Assembly (NCBI GenBank): GCA_965229765.1
Contig: CBDDJT010000003.1
Coordinates: forward strand, 967,311 to 1,031,310
Direction: 5' to 3'
Source of the DNA: Paracoccaceae bacterium
GTDB taxonomy: Bacteria > Pseudomonadota > Alphaproteobacteria > Rhodobacterales > Rhodobacteraceae
Length of the DNA: 64,000 bases
The notes beneath the pieces are model-generated. The model was not told the DNA's origin. It did no database searches and saw only the letters and a program-made list of their open reading frames with translations. A program made the position numbers and the translations under genes. Below, one piece after another: positions 53,474 through 62,195 of the stretch. How positions within the stretch are numbered: position 1 is the first letter of the stretch; every line of letters starts with the position of its first letter.

Positions 53474-54453
53474 GTGGCACCTTGATGCAGCAGGATCTGT
53501 TTCCAGATCGCGGTTTCGTCGAAAATGGTGAATTCGCGGCGCAGGCCGCGGGGGCCAAACTCGGCCTGGGTGATGCCCATGACATGCACCATCGCGCCCG
53601 AAGGCGGGCCGAAGGCGCCCCAGCCGTCGTGGCGGCCCCAGAGCGACCAGCGCACCGCGGCGCGGGGCGGCATCATCGGGTCGTCGCGGCCGATCCGGTG
53701 ATGGACGGTGAAGGCGGCCGAGGGGAAGGCGGCGCGCAGGCCGATCCACATGGCGTCCGCCGCGGGGTGGCCGTGGGCGGTGACGCCGCCGGGGTATTCC
53801 AGCTGGCAGGCGCGGTCATAGGCCTGCGGGATGACGCTGAGTTCCGCGGCCATGATGCGCGACAGGATGTCGGCAAGCCGCGCGCCGTGTTCGTGGCCGT
53901 TGCCCTGCCCGGTGTAGGGGCCGGGGCGGTCGGTGTCGGGGGTGAGGGGCCTTGCGGCGGCCTCTGCCCCGCCCTCTCGCGCGATCTGGTCGCGGGCGTA
54001 GTCGCGCGGGTCGAGCCCCATCTGGCGCACGATGGCGCCCTGATCGCGGACCAGCCATTCGTCGTCGATCATGTTGTCACGGGCGTGGCAGTCGGCGTGG
54101 ATGCGGTAGGTCAGCCGCGCGCCGCTGGGTGGGCCGAACACGCCCCCGCCAAGGTGGGTGGCCGTGGACAGGATGCGGTGCGAGGACAGCATCCCCGTCT
54201 CGGGCGTGCCGGACCAGATCACGTCCTCTCCCAGGAGCGTGCGGTCGGGAAACTCGTTGAGGGTGGCCATGGTGGCGGCGATGACGCCCGTGTTGCCGAT
54301 GGTGATGCCCGCAGGCGTGCGCACGACGATGTCGGGGGCGTAGTAGTCGTGGAGCGTGTGCAGGCCGCGATCCTCCCAGATCTCGCGCGTGATGCCGAGG
54401 ATGTAGTCGGGGAAGTCGCGGAACTTGGGGTCGAAGCCTTTCATTGGGTCCAT
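53470..54453 (-). CDS. Tandem NTF2/SnoaL-like (predicted ester cyclase) two-domain protein
   Basis: Two copies of the SnoaL-type pattern are present: GPPSGARLTYRIHADCHARDNMIDDEWLVRD and GPPSGAMVHVMGITQAEFGPRGLRREFTIFDE. Confidence 0.6.
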   Translation of the reverse strand: MDPMKGFDPKFRDFPDYILGITREIWEDRGLHTLHDYYAPDIVVRTPAGITIGNTGVIAATMATLNEFPDRTLLGEDVIWSGTPETGMLSSHRILSTATHLGGGVFGPPSGARLTYRIHADCHARDNMIDDEWLVRDQGAIVRQMGLDPRDYARDQIAREGGAEAAARPLTPDTDRPGPYTGQGNGHEHGARLADILSRIMAAELSVIPQAYDRACQLEYPGGVTAHGHPAADAMWIGLRAAFPSAAFTVHHRIGRDDPMMPPRAAVRWSLWGRHDGWGAFGPPSGAMVHVMGITQAEFGPRGLRREFTIFDETAIWKQILLHQGAT

Positions 54454-55463
54454 CCCTGGGGAATGCGGGCCGAGCCGCGCAGCATCAGTGTGCCGGGAAT
54501 GCGGATCCTGGCGGGGGCGGTGTCTCCGGTCTCGATCCGGGCGAGAAGGCGGTCGACGGTTTCGGCCACCATGCGGCGGACGGGCTGGCGCACCGTCGTC
54601 AGGTCATAGGCGGCCCACGCGGCAAGGGGGACGTCGTCGTAGCCCACCACGCTGACATCGCCGGGGATCGACAGGCCAAGCTCGTGGCGCAGGACGTCCA
54701 TGACGGCAAAGGCCATGTGGTCGTTGCCGACGAAGACGGCGTCGGGGCGGTCGGGGCGGTCGAAGAGCTGGCGGGCGGCGTCCATCGCGGCGTCGCGGTG
54801 ATACATGCCGTCGATGACGGCAAGGGCGTCGCGCCCGGCGTCGGCAAGCCCGGCGAGGAACCCGGCGGCCCGGTCGCGGCCGGTGGAGGAGCCCTGCCAG
54901 CCAGCGATATGGGCGATGTGGTCGTGGCCGCCGGCCAGCAGGAACTCGGCCACCTGCCGCCCCCCGGCGAAGTTGTCGGTCGTGACCTCTGACAGGCGCG
55001 GATCGTCCTGCCCGCGGTTGAACATCAGCACGGGGATGCCGGCGGTGTCGCAGCGGGCGGTCAGGTCGTTCGTCATGGCGACGGATGCGGTGACGATGCC
55101 GTCGACCTGGTAGTCGAGCAACTCGTCCACGATGTGCGAGATGTCCTCGGTCGCGTTGCCGGCCATGAACATCAGGACGTGATAGCCGCGTTCCTGAAGC
55201 GCCTTGGACAAAAGCTCCAGCGCCACGGGGTAGAACTGGTTGTCGAGGTAGGCCACCACCAGCCCGATCATCCGGGTCTTGCCGGTGATGAGGCCGCGCG
55301 CCAGCACGTTGGGGCGATAGCCAAGCTCGTCGGCGGCCTTGCGCACCTTGGCCACGGTCTTGGGCGAGGCGCTGGCGCCGGGGGTGAACACCCGGCTGAC
55401 CGCCGATTGCGACACGCCCGCGCGCCGCGCCACGTCCATCGATGTGACCTTTTCCCCCGCCAT
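54441..55463 (-). CDS. LacI-family transcriptional regulator
   Basis: The N-terminal HTH is VTSMDVARRAGVSQSAVSRVF...ELGYRPNVLARGL, followed by a periplasmic-binding-fold effector domain. The ATG overlaps the upstream SDR stop by 1 nt. Confidence 0.9.
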   Translation of the reverse strand: MAGEKVTSMDVARRAGVSQSAVSRVFTPGASASPKTVAKVRKAADELGYRPNVLARGLITGKTRMIGLVVAYLDNQFYPVALELLSKALQERGYHVLMFMAGNATEDISHIVDELLDYQVDGIVTASVAMTNDLTARCDTAGIPVLMFNRGQDDPRLSEVTTDNFAGGRQVAEFLLAGGHDHIAHIAGWQGSSTGRDRAAGFLAGLADAGRDALAVIDGMYHRDAAMDAARQLFDRPDRPDAVFVGNDHMAFAVMDVLRHELGLSIPGDVSVVGYDDVPLAAWAAYDLTTVRQPVRRMVAETVDRLLARIETGDTAPARIRIPGTLMLRGSARIPQGWTQ

Positions 55464-56227
55464 CAATCCGCCGTCCAGCCGCCGTCGATCAGCATGGACG
55501 TGCCCGTGACCAGCGCCGAGGCGTCGGACGCGAGGTACAGCACCGCGCCCATGATGTCCTGCACCTCGCCCACGCGGCCAAGCTTGATCTTTTCCTGAAG
55601 CCAGCGGACGCGCTCGGGGTCGGCGAAGGTGGGTTCGGTCAGGGGCGTGCGGATGAAGGTGGGGCAGATCGTGTTGATGCGGATGCCGCGCGGGCCCCAT
55701 TCGATCGCCATCGCCTTTATCATGCCTTCCAGCCCGTGCTTGGTGGCGCAATAGACGGCGCGGTCTATGCCGCCCACATGGCCCATCTGGCTGGAGATAT
55801 GGACGATGGAGCCGGGGCGCCCCGCATCGGCCATGCCGCGCGCCAGCCATGACGACAGGAAATAGGCGCCGCGCAGGTTCACCCCCATCACCACGTCGTA
55901 ATCCTCTGGCGTGGTGTCGAGCGCGGGGCCGTGGCGGGCCACGCCTGCGGCGTTCACCGCGGCGTCGAACGGCGCCTGCGCATCGAGCGCGGCGCGCAGC
56001 GCGTCCAGATCGCCGATGTCGAGCGGCAGGGCCTCGACGCTCCACCCTTCGGCGGCCATGGCGTCGACGGCGGCTTGCAGGCGGTCCACGCCGCGCGCGG
56101 CGCAGACGACGTGCGCGCCGGCCTCTGCCAGCGCGACGGCAGCCCCAAGGCCGATGCCCGAGGACGCCCCGGTGACAAGCGCGCGGCGCCCGTCGAGGCG
56201 GAAGGAGGGGGTGCGGGGCAGGGTCAT
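55463..56227 (-). CDS. Short-chain dehydrogenase/reductase
   Basis: ALVTGASSGIGLGAA (TGxxxGxG), NAAG, and YCATKHGLEG (YxxxK). Confidence 0.85.
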   Translation of the reverse strand: MTLPRTPSFRLDGRRALVTGASSGIGLGAAVALAEAGAHVVCAARGVDRLQAAVDAMAAEGWSVEALPLDIGDLDALRAALDAQAPFDAAVNAAGVARHGPALDTTPEDYDVVMGVNLRGAYFLSSWLARGMADAGRPGSIVHISSQMGHVGGIDRAVYCATKHGLEGMIKAMAIEWGPRGIRINTICPTFIRTPLTEPTFADPERVRWLQEKIKLGRVGEVQDIMGAVLYLASDASALVTGTSMLIDGGWTAD

Positions 56228-57273
56228 GTCAGCGCCTTTCCTGTGTCCGGGTCAAAGCCCATGCGGGCCTTGTTGACCTCTCGCATCCGGGCAAGAACAT
56301 CGATACCGGCTTGGGCGAAGACGTCCAAGAGATCGACGAGCACCCAGTTCTCGCGGATCCGGCCGGACTCGAGCCGCCAGAAATCGAGACTGCGCAGCGT
56401 AAGTTGCGCGCCGGTGGGCGGCAGGCCCAGCCAGCCGCCGCCGGTCAGCGTCTGGCGCATGTTGGGCCAGCCGGTGACGGCGACGTAAGCGCCGTCGCCG
56501 AAGAGGTGGCTTTGTGTGCCCCCGGGATAAGCTCCCCGGTCGGGCATGGCGGCAAGAAACGGGATCTGGTGCCAGTGGCGAAAGCCGCGCACGCCGCGCG
56601 CGGTGCCGATCCCGGCGGGGCCATACCAGCCGAAGCGCGGGTGCCAGAAGCGGTCAAGCTCCATCACCTCTGGCCCGCCCTGCGCGGGGTGGCGGCCCAT
56701 GTGGGTCAGCATGTCGATGACGTGGCGCAGGCTGGCGTCGGAGGCGGCGGCATCGCGGGGACCGGGGGCCAGCCCGTCCTGCGTGGCGGGCGCGGGCGCG
56801 GCCCATGCGCGGCCAAGCTGGGGCGCCATCGGCCAAGCGCCGGCCTGCATCATGACCTCGGGGATGTCCCAGAGCGCCTGAACCTCTGTCACGCGGCCGC
56901 CTTCGAACCGGAAGAATTCGTGATAGCGGATATGGGCGAGGTGCCCGGTGGGCGGGATGTCGAGCCACGGGTGCGCGAAGGTGCCGATGTAATGGCCGCA
57001 GGCGCCGACCCAGTCGGCGCCCTCTGGCGTCACGCCCGCCGCGACGATCATGTCGCGGCGTTCGAGGTCGGGCCATGCGGCGGCAAGGGGGGCAAGGGCG
57101 GTGTCCCAGACCCCGCCGGGCCCGGTCACGGTGCCGAAGGGATGGGACAGGCGCACGGGCGCGTCGGGGGTCAGGAGCGCATCCAGCGCCGTGCGCGCGG
57201 CGGTGGCGTCGCCGTGGTAGAGCGCGGCGCGGAACGGGGTAAGCCGTGCCTTGTGGTCGGAGTGCCTGTCCAT
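56224..57273 (-). CDS. Tandem NTF2/SnoaL-like two-domain protein (paralog of 59695..60699)
   Basis: WLDIPPTGHLAHIRYHEFFRFEGGRVTEVQALWDIPEVMMQAG and LGLPPTGAQLTLRSLDFWRLESGRIRENWVLVDLLDVFAQAG align with the corresponding blocks of the 59695 gene. Confidence 0.6.
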   Translation of the reverse strand: MDRHSDHKARLTPFRAALYHGDATAARTALDALLTPDAPVRLSHPFGTVTGPGGVWDTALAPLAAAWPDLERRDMIVAAGVTPEGADWVGACGHYIGTFAHPWLDIPPTGHLAHIRYHEFFRFEGGRVTEVQALWDIPEVMMQAGAWPMAPQLGRAWAAPAPATQDGLAPGPRDAAASDASLRHVIDMLTHMGRHPAQGGPEVMELDRFWHPRFGWYGPAGIGTARGVRGFRHWHQIPFLAAMPDRGAYPGGTQSHLFGDGAYVAVTGWPNMRQTLTGGGWLGLPPTGAQLTLRSLDFWRLESGRIRENWVLVDLLDVFAQAGIDVLARMREVNKARMGFDPDTGKALT

Positions 57274-57295
57274 GCCGCGCGCCGGTGCCCCGCGG

Positions 57296-58624
57296 CTATT
57301 CCGCGGCGCCGCGCACAGGGGCGGCGGCGCCGTAGGGAATGTTGCGCCCGCCGTAGCGGCGCACGCGGATGTTGCACTGTTCGGCGTGGCCGACGAAGCC
57401 TTCGAGCATGCAGAGCCGCGAGCCGTATTCGCCCACCAGCGCGGCGGCCTCGTCGGTCACGATACGCTGGTAGCTGTGGGTCTTCAGGAACTTGCCGACC
57501 CAGAGCCCGCCAGTGTAGCGGCCGGCCCTTTTCGTGGGCAGGGTGTGGTTGGTGCCGATGACCTTGTCACCGTTGGCGACATTGGTGCGCGCGCCAAGGA
57601 AAAGCGCGCCGTAGCAGGTCATGTGTTCAAGGAACCAGTCGTCGCGGTCGGTCATGACCTGCACGTGTTCGTAGGCCATGTCGTCGGCGACGGCGAGCAT
57701 CTCGTCATGGCTGTCGCAGAGGATCACGTCGCCATAGTCGCGCCAGCTGGCGGCGGCGGTTTCCGCGGTGGGCAGGATCGCCAGCAGGCGGTCGATCTCG
57801 GCCAGCGTGTCGTCGGCCAGCTTGCGGGAATTGGTGATGAGGCAGGCGGGCGAGTTGTAGCCGTGCTCGGCCTGGCCGAGGAGGTCGGTGGCGCAGAGTT
57901 CCGCGTCGACGGTGTCGTCGGCGATGAGCATGGTTTCGGTGGGACCGGCGAAAAGGTCGATGCCCACGCGGCCGAAGAGCTGGCGCTTGGCCTCGGCCAC
58001 GAAGGCGTTGCCGGGGCCGACCAGCATGTGGACCGGGTCGATCGTTTCGGTGCCGATGGCCATGGCGCCCACGGCCTGAATGCCGCCAAGAACGTAGATC
58101 TCATGCGCGCCGCCCATGTGCATGGCGGCGACGATGGCGGGGTGCGGTTCGCCGTTGACGGGCGGGGCAGAGGCGACGATGCGCGGCACGCCGGCGACGG
58201 TGGCGGTCAGGACGGACATGTGCGCGCTGGCGACCATGGGGAACTTGCCGCCGGGCACGTAGCAGCCGACCGACTGCACGGGGATGTTGCGGTGGCCGAG
58301 GATCACGCCGGGGATGGTTTCGACCTCGATATCGGTCATGGAGGCGCGCTGCGCCTCGGCAAAGCCGCGGATCTGATCCTGGGCAAAGCGGATGTCGGCC
58401 ATGTCCTGCGCGCTGACCTTCTGCATCGCCGCCTCGATCTCCGAAGGCGTCAGGCGAAAGGCGGCGGGGGCGTAGTTGTCGAACTTGGCGCTGAGGTCGC
58501 GCACGGCGGCGTCGCCACGGGCGGCGATGTCGGCCAGCGTGGATTCGACGGTGGCGCGGACGCGGGCGTCGTCCTCGGCCTTCTCGGCCTCGGGCTTCGA
58601 GCGTTTCAGGTGCGTGATGGCCAT
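57296..58624 (-). CDS. Histidinol-dehydrogenase-family NAD-dependent dehydrogenase (catabolic paralog by context; substrate unknown)
   Basis: GGAGA lies upstream of the ATG. The HisD-type blocks are [45 protein letters not shown] and EHGYNSPA. The gene is embedded in a catabolic operon rather than among his genes. Confidence 0.75.
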   Translation of the reverse strand: MAITHLKRSKPEAEKAEDDARVRATVESTLADIAARGDAAVRDLSAKFDNYAPAAFRLTPSEIEAAMQKVSAQDMADIRFAQDQIRGFAEAQRASMTDIEVETIPGVILGHRNIPVQSVGCYVPGGKFPMVASAHMSVLTATVAGVPRIVASAPPVNGEPHPAIVAAMHMGGAHEIYVLGGIQAVGAMAIGTETIDPVHMLVGPGNAFVAEAKRQLFGRVGIDLFAGPTETMLIADDTVDAELCATDLLGQAEHGYNSPACLITNSRKLADDTLAEIDRLLAILPTAETAAASWRDYGDVILCDSHDEMLAVADDMAYEHVQVMTDRDDWFLEHMTCYGALFLGARTNVANGDKVIGTNHTLPTKRAGRYTGGLWVGKFLKTHSYQRIVTDEAAALVGEYGSRLCMLEGFVGHAEQCNIRVRRYGGRNIPYGAAAPVRGAAE

Positions 58625-58635
58625 TCGTTTCTCCT

Positions 58636-59097
58636 TCAGCGGGCTTCGGCGCGCAGGCGCCGGGCGGCGGCCTGACGGGCCTTGTCAAAGGCGGCACCGA
58701 TCAGCGGCGCGAGCGCGTCGTAGGTGGTTCGGGACGGCGACACCACCGCGACCCAGCCCATCCAGCCGTAGACCGGGTGCGGCGTCAGGTCGTCCAGGGC
58801 GGTGAAGTCATGGCCGGTGGCGACGATCCCGCCCTTGGCCGGGCGCGCGGGGCGCGGGCCGAAGCGGGCCTCGTACAAGGTGGGCGGCAGGCCGAGGTTC
58901 AGGCGCCAGACCCCGGGCCGGTCGAGCGCCGAGGCGCGGTCGTTCGCGCCGTCCTTCCGCTTGACGGTGGCGAAGTAGACGCCGCGCGGCATCGCGCCGC
59001 CGGGGTTGTGGAACAGCGCGGTTTCCCCCCAGCTTTCGACCGGGCGGACATCGCCGAACCGGGTCGACAGATCGGCGATGACCGCGTCCGGCGTCAT
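58636..59097 (-). CDS. Small conserved hypothetical protein (possibly DUF6194-like; family recalled from memory, not verified)
   Basis: ATG 59097 overlaps the upstream stop (ATGA). [47 protein letters not shown] resembles that family. Confidence 0.45.
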   Translation of the reverse strand: MTPDAVIADLSTRFGDVRPVESWGETALFHNPGGAMPRGVYFATVKRKDGANDRASALDRPGVWRLNLGLPPTLYEARFGPRPARPAKGGIVATGHDFTALDDLTPHPVYGWMGWVAVVSPSRTTYDALAPLIGAAFDKARQAAARRLRAEAR

Positions 59098-59597
59098 GGG
59101 GCGCCCTCGGGGCGGGGCGGCGTGACCTCGCCCGTGTCGTAGGCTTCCCATCCCTGCCCCTCGAAGACGTCGCGGCCAAGCTGGGCCAGCACGGCGGCAA
59201 AGTCCACGGACACGGGGTTGTCCTTTATCCGGCCGTCCACGACGCGCCAGAAATCCATGTAGGGGATGCGCACCCGCTTGCCGGTGGCGGGAATGCCCAT
59301 GAAGGGGCCGGAATGCGTCGCCTCGATATGGCCGAAGCAGGCGGCCCATTCACCGTCGGCAAGGAATTTCTCGGTCAGGTACGTACGGTCGGTGAAGGCG
59401 GCGCGCAGCGGCCACTGCCAGTTGCGGCGGAACGCCTCTACCCCGTCCTTGGTGCCGCAGCCCCGGTTGCCGCGCCACTGGAAATCCCCGTGGAAATACG
59501 GGGTCATGTCCATTTCCGAGCGGCCGAGCGCGTCTTCCATCCGCTTGACGGCGGCAAGGGTTTCGGCGCTTTGTCTCTGGTGATCTTCGGGTGTCAT
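59094..59597 (-). CDS. Single-domain NTF2/SnoaL-like (ester-cyclase-like) protein
   Basis: The SnoaL-type block is FMGIPATGKRVRIPYMDFWRVVDGRIKDNPVSVD. The start is ATG 59597, with ATG 59621 as an alternative. Confidence 0.6.
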   Translation of the reverse strand: MTPEDHQRQSAETLAAVKRMEDALGRSEMDMTPYFHGDFQWRGNRGCGTKDGVEAFRRNWQWPLRAAFTDRTYLTEKFLADGEWAACFGHIEATHSGPFMGIPATGKRVRIPYMDFWRVVDGRIKDNPVSVDFAAVLAQLGRDVFEGQGWEAYDTGEVTPPRPEGAP

Positions 59598-59609
59598 CCT
59601 GGGGCGCTC

Positions 59610-59637
59610 GCATTTTTGCATACGCTTGCAAAAATGC
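59610..59637. promoter_or_regulatory. Operator-like 28-bp inverted repeat whose core matches the LacI-family half-site pattern
   Basis: The repeat is gcatttttgca-tacgct-tgcaaaaatgc. The central TGCATACGCTTGCA (59617-59630) matches TGNAANCGNTTNCA at 13 of 14 positions. It lies in the divergent spacer between the 59597(-) and 59695(+) genes. Confidence 0.5.
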
Positions 59638-59694
59638 TAATGTCGATGGCATTGATTGGCAAGGCCAATCTCTGGGGAACGGGTGGCGGGCAGG

Positions 59695-60699
59695 ATGCAG
59701 GACATACAGACAGCCAAGCGGATCGTGCTGGATCATCTGGCGCGGTTGGATGGCGCGGCGCCGGGCAGGATCGCCGAGGCGCTTCGCGCGGGCGTGGCCG
59801 ACGGATGGCTTTGGCGGGGCTATCATCCCTTTGGCGCGCTGACCGGGGCCGATGCCGTGGCCGCGCGGTTCTGGGAGCCGCTGGCGCAGGCGTTGACGGC
59901 GCGGGCGCGGCGGATGGACATCTTCTTTGCCGGGCGGAACGAGATCGACGGCGTCAAGGGCGTCTGGGTCGTGTCCATGGGGCACATCATGGGCCTTTTC
60001 GACGCGCCCTGGCTGGGGATCGCGCCCACGGGAAAGATGGCGTTCCTGCGCTATGCCGAGTTCAACCGGGTCGAGAACGGGCGCATCGCCGAGACGGCGA
60101 TGTATTTCGACATCCCGCACCTGATGATCCAGGCGGGGCTGGACCCCTTTGGCGGACAGACGGCGGCGCATCTGGTGCAGCCGGGGCCCGCCACCCATGA
60201 CGGGCTGCTGTTCGAGGCCGCGCCAGAGGCAGAGGGACAGGCGACGCTGGCGGCGATCAACGCGATGATCTCGGACCTCGGGACATGGGGGCTGGGCCTG
60301 CCGCTGGAAGAGGAACTGCGCCGCACGTGGCACGAGGACATGATCTGGTGGGGGCCTGCGGGGATCGGGGCGACCTTCACCATTCCGCGCTATGCGGCGC
60401 AGCATTCGGGACCGTTCCGCGCCGCGTTTTCCGAGCGGACGGGCACGGGCCACGTCGCGCGGCTGGCCGAGGGCGCCTATGGCGGGTTCTTCGGCTGGCC
60501 CAACTTTTCCGCGCGGCTGACCGGGCCGTTCATGGGCCGCACGCCCACCGGCAAGGTTGCAGAGTTCCGGGTGATCGACATCTACCGGCGGGCGGGCGGC
60601 AAGCTGGCCGAGAACTGGGTGTTCATCGACCTTCTGCACTTCTGGGCGCAGCAGGGATGGGACGTGCTGGCCGAGACGACGGGGTGGCGGGGCGATTGA
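59695..60699 (+). CDS. Tandem NTF2/SnoaL-like two-domain protein (paralog of 56224..57273)
   Basis: The two blocks are WLGIAPTGKMAFLRYAEFNRVENGRIAETAMYFDIPHLMIQAG and GRTPTGKVAEFRVIDIYRRAGGKLAENWVFIDLLHFWAQQG. ATG 59695 is preferred over the track's TTG 59656. Confidence 0.6.
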   Translation: MQDIQTAKRIVLDHLARLDGAAPGRIAEALRAGVADGWLWRGYHPFGALTGADAVAARFWEPLAQALTARARRMDIFFAGRNEIDGVKGVWVVSMGHIMGLFDAPWLGIAPTGKMAFLRYAEFNRVENGRIAETAMYFDIPHLMIQAGLDPFGGQTAAHLVQPGPATHDGLLFEAAPEAEGQATLAAINAMISDLGTWGLGLPLEEELRRTWHEDMIWWGPAGIGATFTIPRYAAQHSGPFRAAFSERTGTGHVARLAEGAYGGFFGWPNFSARLTGPFMGRTPTGKVAEFRVIDIYRRAGGKLAENWVFIDLLHFWAQQGWDVLAETTGWRGD

Positions 60700-60858
60700 T
60701 CGCGGCGCCTTGTCCGGGGGCGTTGGCCGGGCTGGGGGCGCATACCGACAGAGGGCGGCGGGTGGCCACGTGCAGCCGCTGCGGCGGGTGAGATCTGCGC
60801 TTTATCCCGGCCAGGTTCGGACGACCTTTGAGCGCGCGCTGGCGTTGCCAAAGCGGCT

Positions 60859-61027
60859 GGCCGATGGGGCGGCCATCCGCTGCCCGGGCCGCTTCGCGGC
60901 TGTTCCGGGCGGGGTTTCTTCGTTCAGAGCGCGCCGGGACATGACCCCAACCGAGGGCACCGGATGGCCGGTGGGGCGGCCAGCCGCTGCCCGGGCCGCC
61001 TTGCGGCTGGTCCGGGCGGGGTTTCTC
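60859..61027. repeat. Two ~61-bp direct repeats, 108 bp apart, each containing a nested GC hairpin
   Basis: Copy 1 (60859-60919) is ggccgatggggcggccatccgctgcccgggccgcttcgcggctgttccgggcggggtttct. Copy 2 (60967-61027) is ggccggtggggcggccagccgctgcccgggccgccttgcggctggtccgggcggggtttct. Confidence 0.85.
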
Positions 61028-61037
61028 CGGCTGATAT

Positions 61038-62192
61038 CTACCCCTTCACCGCGCCCGCCGTCAGGCCGCTGACGATCTGGCGCTGGAAGACCATCACCAG
61101 CAGGAAGAGCGGGGCGGTGATCGAGACGGCGGCGGCGATGGCCTGCACCTCGTCCGAGGCGGTGGTCTCGCGGTTGAACATGTTGGCGATGGCCGGAACC
61201 ATCGTCATGTTCTGCGCGTCGAGCAGGAGCGAGGTCACGAGGAAATCGTTGTAGGCAAGCAGGAAGCTGAAGAGCCCCGTGGTGATGACGCCGGGCCACA
61301 TCACCGGCACGATCACGCGCCAGAACGCCTGAAAATGCGAGCAGCCGTCGACGCGGGCGGCCTCGTCCAGTTCCTGCGGGATGTTCTGGAAGAAGCTGCG
61401 CAGCATCCAGATCGTGAAGGGCTGGTTGATGGCCACAAGCACCGCGATCACCGCCCAGGGTTTGCCGTAGAGCGTCGGCGCGGCCTCTCCGAGGATCGGG
61501 GCCAGCCATTCCGAGGACGAGATGAAATAGGGCAGGTAGCCAGCGACCAGCACCGAGTGCGGCAGGGCGCGGAAGATCAGCGCCACCACCAGCAGCCAGA
61601 AGGCGAAGGAGGACCCGGACCGCGCAAGGCCGTAGCCCGCCAGCGTGCCAACGGTCAGCGACACGATGACCACGCCGCAGGTGACGACCATCGAGTTGGC
61701 GAAGTTGCGGGTAAAGCCGCGATCGACCCAGACGGCGCGGTAATGCTCTGTCGTCAGGCCGATGACATCGGTGCCAAGCGGGCCGGCCAGCGGGTTCAGC
61801 ACGCCCAGCGCCGCGGGCAGGATGACGGTATAGAGGATCAGTGTGCCCAGCGCGAAGACACCGCCGCCAACCATCCAGCCCAGCCAGACGCGGCCCGGCG
61901 GCGACAGGTCGCGCACGCGGCCCGGCAGCCATTTCAGGGCCAGCCGGATCAGCGCCCAGGCCAGCAGGAGCGCCAGCGCGATGTCGAGCAGCGACAGGCC
62001 GCCGGCAAGGTCGCGCGTGCGGGGGCCGACGATGACGCGGATCGGGTTGGAATCGAAGGCGTCGAGCGGGCTCTTGAAGCTCATCACCGTGATCCAGACG
62101 ATCGGGAAGGCGGCGACAAGGCACCAGAGCGCGAGAAAGCCGTTCGAGACGAGCTTCAGGCCAAGAGGCTGGCGGTTGGCAGGGGATGACAT
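61038..62192 (-). CDS. Carbohydrate-type ABC transporter permease (MalG/UgpE-like, with an enlarged first periplasmic loop)
   Basis: The EAA loop is ELDEAARVDGCSHFQAFWRVIVPVMWP. The protein is polytopic and 384 aa. Confidence 0.8.
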   Translation of the reverse strand: MSSPANRQPLGLKLVSNGFLALWCLVAAFPIVWITVMSFKSPLDAFDSNPIRVIVGPRTRDLAGGLSLLDIALALLLAWALIRLALKWLPGRVRDLSPPGRVWLGWMVGGGVFALGTLILYTVILPAALGVLNPLAGPLGTDVIGLTTEHYRAVWVDRGFTRNFANSMVVTCGVVIVSLTVGTLAGYGLARSGSSFAFWLLVVALIFRALPHSVLVAGYLPYFISSSEWLAPILGEAAPTLYGKPWAVIAVLVAINQPFTIWMLRSFFQNIPQELDEAARVDGCSHFQAFWRVIVPVMWPGVITTGLFSFLLAYNDFLVTSLLLDAQNMTMVPAIANMFNRETTASDEVQAIAAAVSITAPLFLLVMVFQRQIVSGLTAGAVKG

Positions 62193-62195
62193 GGC

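Noticed and set aside
52517-56045. The long N-terminal extensions of ORFs 52517..53749 and 54441..56045, and ORFs such as 52475..53485 and 53482..54609
   Set aside because: The extensions are Arg/Pro-rich and overlap the neighbouring, motif-bearing genes. Internal ATGs with 1-4 nt stop-start overlaps give proteins of normal family length.
57296-58624. Calling the HisD-family gene hisD (histidine biosynthesis) or specifically hpsN (sulfopropanediol dehydrogenase)
   Set aside because: The context is catabolic (LacI, SDR, ABC importer), so hisD proper is unlikely. Nothing in the sequence that I can read by eye discriminates HpsN from other HisD paralogs, and no sulfolactate or sulfonate genes are adjacent. 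The gene symbol is left blank.
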